From: a virus
DNA: 13,930 nt
Virus record (IMG/VR): IMGVR_UViG_3300045988_138778
Location: 1 to 13,930 of that record
Direction: 5' to 3' (one strand)
Shown piece by piece: positions 1 through 7,476 of the stretch; the first letter of the stretch is position 1, and each line of letters starts with the position of its first letter. Position numbers and translations under genes: made by a program. A model generated the notes under the pieces. It was not told the origin of the DNA and ran no database searches. It saw only the letters and a list, made by a program, of their open reading frames with translations.

Positions 1-55
1 ACATATCGCTATACGTTACACCGACATAGAAAGGGAAGAATTTGAAATGAAAAAA
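1..55. repeat. Left inverted terminal repeat (ITR), 55 bp
   Basis: Read directly. Positions 1-55 (acatatcgctatacgttacaccgacatagaaagggaagaatttgaaatgaaaaa) equal the reverse complement of 13876-13930 with no mismatch. Identity stops at position 56 (c versus t). ITRs on a genome that encodes a protein-primed PolB mark replication origins at linear ends. Confidence 0.95.
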
Positions 56-295
56 CGCAATATCACACCCATGGATTTTTACCGCATGTGCTACACCCTA
101 AAACCTGATATTTTGGTTAGTGTATACAGTGCAAAGAAAGGCGGCATGCCTATGTGGACAGGTGAATTTCGCTCGATGCCCCGTGTATATCGTGACGCAA
201 CGATTGAAGATTTGAATATTATTGCACGGGATTCTCAAATCGTGAAATTAACATTTGCATTGCAGGAAAGGAGCATGGACTTTGGCAAAGCGTAA
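47..295 (+). CDS. Small early protein of unknown function (82 aa); paralog of the 13125-13313 product
   Basis: The ATG at 47 lies 8 nt after GAAAGGGAAG (29-38), and both are inside the ITR. It is the first ORF of the left arm. N-terminal similarity to the right-arm ORF (ITPMDFYRMCYTLKP..VSVY..GEF..MP versus MTISDFYRVCVSMQP..IRVY..GEY..LP) supports it as a real gene. Confidence 0.75.
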   Translation: MKKRNITPMDFYRMCYTLKPDILVSVYSAKKGGMPMWTGEFRSMPRVYRDATIEDLNIIARDSQIVKLTFALQERSMDFGKA

Positions 296-908
296 ACCTA
301 CACAATACGCGTGGCAAGATTTAGAATACACACCGTACTATCTCAATAAGCACACGGAAGCAGAGCTGCGCAAAGAATATAGTAAACTCCGATCTGTTGT
401 GCGCAAACGTCAAGAGCGTCTTGATAAATCAGAATTTTCGGATCTCCGAGAAGTCAAGCATTATGGCAAGTTACCGCCTGTTGCGCAGATTAAGAACAAG
501 CAGCAACTTGTCTATGCGCTTGCAGAAGCAAAGCGATTTTTGAAGGAAGATATATCAATCACTCGTTTTAAGCGTGAACGTAAAGACATGGTTGCAAAAC
601 TCAATGCCAACGGTTATGAATTTGTTACAAATACAAACTTTTTATCGTTTGTCATGTTTATGGAGACGATGCGCGCCATCGCGCAAAATATGCGTTTTGA
701 CTCGGAAGTGCTCGTAAACGCATATGAGAATGTGACAACCGGCAAAATTTCTGCATCAAAATTGCAAAAGTGGTTTACCGATTTTATCAAAAAACAAGAA
801 CAAGCTGCCTGCGACTTTCCCGATAAATATTCCCGTACAAAAGGGGGTAAGGTGAAAATTGAAAGTAAAGACCTTGAAGAATGGGCAAGTCATTTGTTCG
901 GTGATTGA
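282..908 (+). CDS. Putative terminal protein (replication primer), about 208 aa; start uncertain
   Basis: The ORF sits directly upstream of, and overlaps, the protein-primed PolB gene, which is the phi29 gene 3 / gene 2 arrangement. It is basic and helical, and EYSKLRSVVRKRQERL resembles the phi29 TP N-terminal segment EYARLVKNTKAKIART as I recall it. The frame opens at TTG 255. I prefer TTG 282 because AGGAAAGGAG (264-273) lies 8 nt upstream. There is no in-frame ATG near the 5' end. The function is inferred from synteny. Confidence 0.5.
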   Translation: MAKRKPTQYAWQDLEYTPYYLNKHTEAELRKEYSKLRSVVRKRQERLDKSEFSDLREVKHYGKLPPVAQIKNKQQLVYALAEAKRFLKEDISITRFKRERKDMVAKLNANGYEFVTNTNFLSFVMFMETMRAIAQNMRFDSEVLVNAYENVTTGKISASKLQKWFTDFIKKQEQAACDFPDKYSRTKGGKVKIESKDLEEWASHLFGD

Positions 909-2955
909 TTTTCCGCTTGAAGAATTCGCAGAGCTGCCGGTGCTGGATCGCAAAATCACAAGAACCAAAAAGACAAAATTGCTTGATATTGTGACAGCGT
1001 TTGACATTGAAACAACACGCATTAAATCAATAGAACAAGCTGTGATGTATATCTGGCAATGGCATTTTGCAGATCCTATCAACCTAACTGTCGTTGGTCG
1101 CACTTGGGAAGAATTTGAAGCATTTTGTGCAAGTCTCGAAGCATATATGCGGGCGCTATCCCAAGAAGATTATCATTTGCAGCTTTGTGTTTATGTCCAT
1201 AATTTATCATATGAGTTTCAGTTTTTGCGCGGAATTTATCATTTTACAAACGATGAAATTTTTGCTGTTGACTGCCGCAAAGTCCTTAAATGCACAATGT
1301 ACGATAATTTTTTTGAATTTCGTTGCAGCTATCTGCACAGCAATATGTCGCTTGATGCATATACCCACAAAATGGGCGTTGCCCACGGCAAACTATCCGG
1401 TGTAAAATTTGACTATAATAAACCCCGTTATCCATGGACTCCGTTGTCGGACGATGAATTGGAATATTGTGTAAATGATGTGCTCGGTCTGTGTGAAGCT
1501 TTAACAATTGAAATGCGCCATGATAATGACAATCTGTACACAATCCCTCTAACCTCTACCGGATATGTGCGCCGCGATGCGCGTGCCGCGATGAAACGCG
1601 CAGGGCTGGAACGTCTCGGCGCAATTCAGCCCGATGCAGAATTGTATAGAATGCTGCGCGAAGCGTTCCGTGGTGGTAACACTCACGCCAACCGCTATTA
1701 TACCGGTCAAGTGCTGCGCGGCAAAATCCAAAGTGCGGACCGCAGCAGCAGTTACCCGGATGTGTTGTGTAATTGTCTGTACCCGATGCGGGCATTTGAG
1801 CCGTTGGGCGAGATAACACTTGATGGACTCAAGCGCAAACTTAACCAGCACCGGAAAGCGTTAATAATGCGGATCGCATTAACAGACGTTGAGTTAATCA
1901 ACCCCTGCTGGGGTTGTCCATATCTAACGATTGACAAGAGCCGGAATGTAATTGATCCTGACCGTGACAACGGGCGGATCTTGAGCGCAAAATATCTGGA
2001 GACAACGGTCACAGATGTGGATCTTGCTATTATCCTTAAAGAGTACAAGTTTAGTGGTTTTAGGGCATTTGACTGCTGGCAATCCACCTATGCAAAATTG
2101 CCGCGCGAACTAATTGAATGTGCAATAGATTATTACCGCGCAAAAACCAGTTTGAAAAATGTACCCGGTCAAGAATTGTACTACATGAAAAGCAAAAACA
2201 AACTTAATAGTATATACGGCATGATGGCACAGGATCCCGGCAAGCGCTCCATATTATACACCCCCGAAGAAGAATTTGAAATTGATGAAAAAACGCCAAT
2301 CGAAAAAATCTTGTCACAGAATCTGCGCAATGCCTTTTTGTGTTACCAATGGGGCGTTTGGGTAACAGCTAACGCACGCTACCGCCTTGAAGAGGGTATC
2401 GAACTTGCAGGAGATGGCTTTGTGTATTGTGACACCGACTCGGTTAAATATCTGGGTGACATTGACTGGACAAAATACAACAAAGCCAGAATCAAAGATA
2501 GTAAAGCCTCTGGTGCCTATGCTGCTGACCCATCCGGCAAAATGCATTATATGGGAGTGTTCGAGCCAGAGCACGACATGTGCGAATTTGCCACGTTGGG
2601 CGCGAAAAAATACTGTTACCGCGAAACGCCAGAAAGCCCATTGTGCTGCACGATCGCTGGTGTAAATAAAAAAGAGGGTGCAAAAGAGTTGGAACGCCAC
2701 GGCGGTATTGATGCGTTTAAGCCCGGCTTTGTTTTCAAGGACGCGGGCGGCACAGAATCCGTATACAATGATAGTCCAGAGATAGACAGCATTACAATAG
2801 ACGGTCACACATTGCCAATAACCTCAAATGTAGTTATCCGGGAAAGCACCTATAAACTCGGTATCACATCAGAATATATGGATCTGCTGCTGCGCTGCGA
2901 CTATACCCGAAATGGAATTGGCAGGCTGGATGTATATTTTGAAAATGGATATTGA
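859..2955 (+). CDS. Protein-primed family-B DNA polymerase (phi29 gp2-like), 698 aa
   Basis: Motifs read in the translation:
- ExoI FDIETT (about nt 1000-1017);
- ExoII HNLSYEFQF;
- ExoIII YCVNDV;
- motif A DRSSSYPDV (Dx2SxYP);
- motif B KNKLNSIYG (Kx3NSxYG, about nt 2194-2220);
- motif C YCDTDS (about nt 2426-2443);
- KxY motif GAKKYCY.
The start is TTG 859, preceded by AAGGGGGTAAGGTG. It overlaps the upstream gene by 50 nt. Confidence 0.95.
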   Translation: MKVKTLKNGQVICSVIDFPLEEFAELPVLDRKITRTKKTKLLDIVTAFDIETTRIKSIEQAVMYIWQWHFADPINLTVVGRTWEEFEAFCASLEAYMRALSQEDYHLQLCVYVHNLSYEFQFLRGIYHFTNDEIFAVDCRKVLKCTMYDNFFEFRCSYLHSNMSLDAYTHKMGVAHGKLSGVKFDYNKPRYPWTPLSDDELEYCVNDVLGLCEALTIEMRHDNDNLYTIPLTSTGYVRRDARAAMKRAGLERLGAIQPDAELYRMLREAFRGGNTHANRYYTGQVLRGKIQSADRSSSYPDVLCNCLYPMRAFEPLGEITLDGLKRKLNQHRKALIMRIALTDVELINPCWGCPYLTIDKSRNVIDPDRDNGRILSAKYLETTVTDVDLAIILKEYKFSGFRAFDCWQSTYAKLPRELIECAIDYYRAKTSLKNVPGQELYYMKSKNKLNSIYGMMAQDPGKRSILYTPEEEFEIDEKTPIEKILSQNLRNAFLCYQWGVWVTANARYRLEEGIELAGDGFVYCDTDSVKYLGDIDWTKYNKARIKDSKASGAYAADPSGKMHYMGVFEPEHDMCEFATLGAKKYCYRETPESPLCCTIAGVNKKEGAKELERHGGIDAFKPGFVFKDAGGTESVYNDSPEIDSITIDGHTLPITSNVVIRESTYKLGITSEYMDLLLRCDYTRNGIGRLDVYFENGY

Positions 2956-2980
2956 CATATGGCCGCAAATGCCGTATCAT
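2952..2980 (+). promoter_or_regulatory. Sigma-A/sigma-70-type promoter for the SSB gene
   Basis: TTGACA (2952-2957), a 17-nt spacer, then TATCAT (2975-2980). A perfect TATAAT overlaps at 2980-2985. The -35 overlaps the PolB stop codon. A 7-bp stem-loop (ttgtagc aagaaa gctacaa, 2985-3004) sits at the predicted transcript 5' end. Confidence 0.6.
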
Positions 2981-3036
2981 ATAATTGTAGCAAGAAAGCT
3001 ACAAAAACACAAACCCGAACAAAGGAGTAAACAATC

Positions 3037-3387
3037 ATGAAAATCACAAAGAGCTATCCCGAAAATCTGACTCTGAAACAGGCTTACAACCTGACCCGCA
3101 GCCCCGAAAGCCGCAACATGAAAACGTTAGAAGGTGCAACTTTTAATGTTGAAGCTTATGCCCTGTATGAGGATGCAAACGCCAAAGGTGAAGAGCAGGA
3201 GATTCTTGCAGTTCTTACCAGCGAGGGCGATACGTTCAGCACCATTTCCGAAACGTTTAAGCGCGACTTTGCAGCAATCGTTGATGTTGTCAACCAGTAC
3301 GATGCTGACCTCACCACTGTAGACATCGAAGTCATTGGCGGCGAAAGCAAAAATGGCCGTCATTACATCGATTGCAAGATGAACTAA
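3037..3387 (+). CDS. Single-stranded DNA-binding protein, phi29 p5-like (116 aa)
   Basis: ATG is preceded by AAAGGAG. The size matches phi29 p5 (124 aa). Segments resemble my recollection of p5: ILAVLTSEGDTFSTISETF versus TTIFAADGSLYSAISKTV, and IEVIGGESKNGRHYIDCK versus VKVVQGTSSKGNVFFSLQ. A dedicated promoter and terminator fit a highly expressed protein. Confidence 0.55.
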   Translation: MKITKSYPENLTLKQAYNLTRSPESRNMKTLEGATFNVEAYALYEDANAKGEEQEILAVLTSEGDTFSTISETFKRDFAAIVDVVNQYDADLTTVDIEVIGGESKNGRHYIDCKMN

Positions 3388-3418
3388 CCATTTTCTATTC
3401 TTGACATAATTCTTCCCC

Positions 3419-3462
3419 ATCAAACGGGCGGCGGCATAAAAACCGCCGCCCGTTTGATTTTA
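3419..3462 (+). terminator. Rho-independent terminator after the SSB gene
   Basis: A 16-bp GC-rich stem (3419-3434 pairs with 3443-3458), loop cataaaaa, then ATTTTA. On the minus strand the stem is not followed by a U-tract, so it is oriented for + transcripts. Confidence 0.8.
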
Positions 3463-3478
3463 CGAAAGCGAGTGAAAG

Positions 3479-4543
3479 ATGAAAAAGAACAAACTATACC
3501 TAGACAGCGGATACCTGAACATGGATTATATCATGGGCTTGAAAACACCCTATATTATGGTTGTCGGCGGACGCGGCACTGGTAAAACATACGGTGCATT
3601 AAAATATGTACTTGAGCACCGGATCACTTTCATGCTCATGCGCCGCACACAAACTGCTATTGACCTTGTCAATAAACCAGAGTTTAGCCCCATTAAGCCG
3701 GTCTGTGAAGATATGGGATTAAGCATCAAACCTTTTCCGATCTCCAAGGGAAGCAGCGCTTTTTACGATGTAGATGAAGAGGGCCATAACTTGGGTGGCC
3801 TGCCGTATGGCTACACCTGCGCACTTTCGACAATCTCCAATATGCGCGGTTTTAGCGCGGAAGATTGCAAAATTTGTATTTATGATGAATTCATTCCGGA
3901 AAAACACGAACGCCCGTTGAAAAATGAAGCCGCTGCATTTTATAATGCATATGAAACAATCAACCGAAATAGAGAGTTGAAAGGTGATCCGCCCCTTAAA
4001 ATGCTGTGTCTTGCCAACGCAAACGATATTGCAAACCCCCTGTTTTTAGACATGGGGCTTGTGGCAAGAGCGCAACGGATGATCGACACCAAAACAGAGA
4101 TGTGGCAAGATAATGATCGCGGCATTACTATGATAATGTTGCAGCACTCCCCAATCTCTGCGGAAAAAGCAAACACCGCACTATACCGGCTTACAAAAAA
4201 TACATTGTATAGCGCAATGGCGCTGGATAATGATTTTAGGCAAGAGTATAGCCGGATCACCCCTCAAAAAATCATTGAGTATAAGCCGGTGTGCGTTGTG
4301 GGTGAACTGGAAATCTACCAACACAAATCCCGCGCTCAATATTATGTAACAACCCACAAATCGGGCGTTTGCCCAACCTATGAGAGCACAGAGCGCGGGA
4401 TTCAGATGTTTAACGCGCACTTTTCATGGTTTAGGCTCACATACTATTTAAGCAATACCGTGTTGTTTGAGTCTCCTATCTGTGAAGTTTTACTAGATAA
4501 GTATTTTCGGGAAGGTGCGAAAATCTCAAGTCGAAAAGCATAA
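3479..4543 (+). CDS. DNA packaging (encapsidation) ATPase, phi29 gp16-like (354 aa)
   Basis: Walker A is VGGRGTGKT (about nt 3562-3588) and Walker B is ICIYDEF (about nt 3871-3891). YDEFIPEK, INRNRE and CLANANDIANPLFL parallel phi29 gp16 FDEFIREK, FRNRER and CLSNAVSVVNPYFL as I recall them. Confidence 0.9.
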   Translation: MKKNKLYLDSGYLNMDYIMGLKTPYIMVVGGRGTGKTYGALKYVLEHRITFMLMRRTQTAIDLVNKPEFSPIKPVCEDMGLSIKPFPISKGSSAFYDVDEEGHNLGGLPYGYTCALSTISNMRGFSAEDCKICIYDEFIPEKHERPLKNEAAAFYNAYETINRNRELKGDPPLKMLCLANANDIANPLFLDMGLVARAQRMIDTKTEMWQDNDRGITMIMLQHSPISAEKANTALYRLTKNTLYSAMALDNDFRQEYSRITPQKIIEYKPVCVVGELEIYQHKSRAQYYVTTHKSGVCPTYESTERGIQMFNAHFSWFRLTYYLSNTVLFESPICEVLLDKYFREGAKISSRKA

Positions 4544-4544
4544 A

Positions 4545-4575
4545 AACAGCCCCTGCCGTATTGGCAGGGGCTGTT
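4545..4575. terminator. Shared hairpin terminator between the convergent arms
   Basis: A 13-bp perfect stem (aacagcccctgcc 4545-4557 pairs with ggcaggggctgtt 4563-4575) with loop gtatt. It lies between the ATPase stop (4543) and the tailspike stop (4580). Read on the minus strand it is followed by TTTTA. The + strand tail is weaker (gctgtt). Confidence 0.75.
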
Positions 4576-4579
4576 GCTG

Positions 4580-6565
4580 TTAAGAGATGTTAGGCCGCAA
4601 AATCTTGATAGCAGTCATGCCGTCATGATTATTCCACCGCGGGAAATCCATGGGCGTGCCGTCCATGTTGCGGATCCGGTCAAGCATTACCGGCGAATTT
4701 CCCGGCTGAAAGCCGGATACCTGCACCGTGTACGCATAGGATGCAGGGCGCTTGCAATACAAGATAATAGCATTGCCGTCATTGACATAATACAGCCGGT
4801 CAATGTCGCTGACAACATCCCATGTAACTGTCTTGCCTGCTCCTGGTGTCACGTTATAAATCGACAGATTAAGTTTGCGGTTATCAACCGCACTGATTGC
4901 AAACAAGCCGCCGGTTGTGGGGTTATTGGAAATATAAATGGTGCAATCCACATCATTGATATCACAGATACGGATGCACCCCTGTGAGCTGATGCTACCT
5001 GTCGGAATCGGCATATAAGCAAAAGCCTTGTACTGCTCTGGATCCCCGACCTCTGATTGCCCCGCAACGGTGTACTGTATCTGATCTGTGATTGCAAGGT
5101 CAATACACCGATGTTCGCCAGCCTTGCAAATATACTGGCTGTTGCCGGTAAAAATATACTCTCGCTTGGTGTAGATATATGCATTATTGATCTTGCACAC
5201 CATGGCAGTGACGGGATATTGCCCGATGCTCTGTATCGTAGTAGATACTTTGGCGCTGCGGTTAATTACACCGCCGTCAACCGTCAACTGCGGACTAGGG
5301 CTTGTGCCAATCACTGCAATTGCTGCAAAGCCCTCTTCGGTGGTTGCCGTGTTGTCATCAATCGTATAAATCAGGTTATTGATGTATGCAGCTGCCTTGC
5401 CCGGCCCGTCAAATACAATGCCCCGGCGGCAAGTATCCAGATACAGGTTAGTGATGTGTATATCATTGTTAGTGATTTTAAGTCCGTTGGTATTATCCCA
5501 CCAGGTGTTTGCATCCACCCCCCCGGTGCCGCCTGCCGGAATGCCGTGGTAAGTAATCCAGTTGCAACCAATTACATTAGTCCGACAGTCAAATCCGGTC
5601 TGGCATACCATTGCAAGCAGGTTATTGCAAATGCAATCGGGCGCACGGTCGCCCCAATAGAAAGCCGTGTTACCGGTTACACGCTCTGTTGGGTGTACGT
5701 CACTGAATCCCCATACCGAAATGTTATCCATATAGCAGTAGCGGTTTAACGTGCTAACAGTAGGTTGCAAATACACGCCATAAGATTTGACCCCGCCGAT
5801 ACTTACATTATAGATGTAATTGTCGGTGTATTTGTTGGTGGTAAATACGATGCCACCGATCATGCCGTTGCAAATAATGTCAAGATTTGCAATCACAATG
5901 TTGCCTGTCACATCGTCGCCCGATACCGTAATAACGCCACGACTGCCAAACGCCGTTGGGTTGTCGGTATACTGCAAAATGGTGTCGCTGGTTCCGCGAG
6001 CGGGATCTCGCGAGGATGCCGCGCCATACAAGCTATGCTTAAGCTGCACCGGTGCGCTGATCTTATATGTGCCCACTGGAATGAACAGCGGAAATTGTTT
6101 GGTGTACGTGTTTAGCGTTGCGGTTATATCATCGGTTCCGTCCTTTTTTAGGGGTTGAAACTCTTCGATCGAACGCGGCGAGGGTTTAACAATTTTGGCA
6201 CCGTTTTTGAGCACTGCAAATTTATGAGTCTCACCGTTTTTATCGTTAAAGGGGAATGCGTCAAAATCTTCGGAAAAACCCTCAACAGCAGCAATCGATA
6301 AACCCAAAGATGTGCCTGCAATGACGGTTTCAGCGCTGGCGTTGCCGAACTGGCTGTTGCCGTTGCTCTGTGCGGTCATAACGGGTTTGTTGTTTGCCCG
6401 CAAGGTTAGAGTGGTGCCTGCTTCGATAGTAAACGCGCCAGTGCTGGTTGCGCTTGCATTACCATTAGTAGCTTTATCAAGCTTTTTGTCCGTATTGTTG
6501 CGGCCATCTGTGTCTTTTACGATGTAAGTCTCGCCGTCAATTTTGAATTTGTCAACGTATGGCAT
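4580..6565 (-). CDS. Tailspike / appendage protein with predicted right-handed beta-helix (pectate-lyase-like) domain, 661 aa
   Basis: ATG 6565 is preceded by AAGGGGGTG. GTDDITATLNTYTKQFPLFIPVGTYKISAPVQL matches the usual entry motif of pectate-lyase-3 / tailspike beta-helices (DDT..I...........P.GTY.I). Repetitive N/G/I-rich strands such as NIVIANLDIICNG and ITNNDIHITNLYLD follow. It is the last gene of the structural operon, where phi29 places gp12. Confidence 0.75.
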   Translation of the reverse strand: MPYVDKFKIDGETYIVKDTDGRNNTDKKLDKATNGNASATSTGAFTIEAGTTLTLRANNKPVMTAQSNGNSQFGNASAETVIAGTSLGLSIAAVEGFSEDFDAFPFNDKNGETHKFAVLKNGAKIVKPSPRSIEEFQPLKKDGTDDITATLNTYTKQFPLFIPVGTYKISAPVQLKHSLYGAASSRDPARGTSDTILQYTDNPTAFGSRGVITVSGDDVTGNIVIANLDIICNGMIGGIVFTTNKYTDNYIYNVSIGGVKSYGVYLQPTVSTLNRYCYMDNISVWGFSDVHPTERVTGNTAFYWGDRAPDCICNNLLAMVCQTGFDCRTNVIGCNWITYHGIPAGGTGGVDANTWWDNTNGLKITNNDIHITNLYLDTCRRGIVFDGPGKAAAYINNLIYTIDDNTATTEEGFAAIAVIGTSPSPQLTVDGGVINRSAKVSTTIQSIGQYPVTAMVCKINNAYIYTKREYIFTGNSQYICKAGEHRCIDLAITDQIQYTVAGQSEVGDPEQYKAFAYMPIPTGSISSQGCIRICDINDVDCTIYISNNPTTGGLFAISAVDNRKLNLSIYNVTPGAGKTVTWDVVSDIDRLYYVNDGNAIILYCKRPASYAYTVQVSGFQPGNSPVMLDRIRNMDGTPMDFPRWNNHDGMTAIKILRPNIS

Positions 6566-6580
6566 TATTACACCCCCTTA

Positions 6581-6796
6581 TTAGGTGATATCATGAGTGC
6601 CAGTAGTAATGCTGATAGTTTCGGTTGCGGCGGTGTATGCCACTTCTACACGCGACAGTTTTTCCAGCTCCGTTACTTTATTAAGAGCATTAGTTGCGTT
6701 TGTGCTCGCAGTTGTTGCAGTAGTACGTGCTGTGATATCCTTTACCTCAATATCTTCGCCACCAAGATTAAATTTACTAACATACTGTGCAGCCAT
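6581..6796 (-). CDS. Mini-fibre / small virion-associated protein (71 aa) sharing its N-terminal motif with the tailspike
   Basis: ATG 6796 is preceded by AAGTGAGGT. The N-terminus QYVSKFNLGGEDIEVKD parallels the tailspike N-terminus PYVDKFKIDGETYIVKD. A Thr/Ala-rich segment and a short predicted helix (ALNKVTELEKLSRVE) follow. Confidence 0.6.
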   Translation of the reverse strand: MAAQYVSKFNLGGEDIEVKDITARTTATTASTNATNALNKVTELEKLSRVEVAYTAATETISITTGTHDIT

Positions 6797-6816
6797 ATTA
6801 TTATTACCTCACTTTC

Positions 6817-7443
6817 TTATTTACCGACAATTTTAATAGTTTCGACCGGTTTATCATAAATATGGATATCTCCGCCGGTTACTACCTCGCCAGTATCGGG
6901 TGTAAAGAATCCAAAGCTAATACTGGTATCACTAGCATCGTACTTTGCAACGGCGAGAGATAGAATATAATGCAAGCGTTCCGCTATGCTGGTTTTAGCG
7001 CAGTTGGTGCCCTCAATGTATCGGGTGCCTGCATCCATAGGTTTGATAATAACATACAGATCTGCACCCAACCATATAAGATCGTTAATATTGCGGTTTG
7101 CGCTCGCCGTGGTTTTGAGTTTTTCGTCTGCCGGGGTGATTGCTAATTTTACGCTTGCCCAAAGTTCGGAGAAGTTGCCGATTTTAGTCCAGTAGTTGAT
7201 ATTTTCAATATCAACCCCAATCGGAACAGGTTGTACACTCAAATAACCATCGCCGTTTGTGTCCAGCACTACACAATTTTTAGGATACTGACTTGTAATA
7301 TCCCATTGCAACGGGTCAGCATAAGTGATCGAATTGAGTACAATAAAATCGGCAATCGTTTTGTTTTGGTTTTTCAGCGTTTCCAGAATCCAATCAAGAT
7401 TAAGATTATGAAAATCGCTGTACGGCCATTTTTCAGTAAACAT
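6817..7443 (-). CDS. Putative tail fibre / receptor-binding protein (208 aa)
   Basis: I prefer ATG 7443, preceded by AAAGGCGGTGA, over the track's TTG 7461. The N-terminus FHNLNLDWILETLK is a motif I associate with N-termini of phage tail-fibre proteins from Firmicutes. It lies between the collar and tailspike genes. The function is inferred. Confidence 0.45.
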   Translation of the reverse strand: MFTEKWPYSDFHNLNLDWILETLKNQNKTIADFIVLNSITYADPLQWDITSQYPKNCVVLDTNGDGYLSVQPVPIGVDIENINYWTKIGNFSELWASVKLAITPADEKLKTTASANRNINDLIWLGADLYVIIKPMDAGTRYIEGTNCAKTSIAERLHYILSLAVAKYDASDTSISFGFFTPDTGEVVTGGDIHIYDKPVETIKIVGK

Positions 7444-7476
7444 TATTTCACCGCCTTTCAATATTATTATACGCTA

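Noticed and set aside
756-2808. Minus-strand and alternative-frame ORFs within the TP/PolB region (for example 756-1103, 1549-1851, 1752-2087, 2314-2808).
   Set aside because: They are embedded in the PolB gene, whose + strand frame carries every canonical polymerase motif. None has an RBS.
2985-3004. The stem-loop ttgtagc-aagaaa-gctacaa considered as the terminator of the PolB operon.
   Set aside because: On the + strand it is followed by AAAACAC rather than a U-tract, and it lies downstream of the -10 of the SSB promoter. It is more plausibly a 5' mRNA stem-loop or operator, so I mention it only under the promoter.
3401-3406. A third TTGACA hexamer just after the SSB stop, which might be a promoter for the ATPase.
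   Set aside because: No acceptable -10 lies 16-18 nt downstream; that position falls in the GC-rich terminator stem (caaacgggcgg). A transcript starting there would also run straight into the terminator.
4574-6158. Several + strand ORFs (137, 230, 116 and 112 aa) inside 4580-6565.
   Set aside because: All are antisense to the 661-aa beta-helix tailspike ORF, which has a strong RBS and recognisable motifs. They overlap one another in different frames and lack RBSs.
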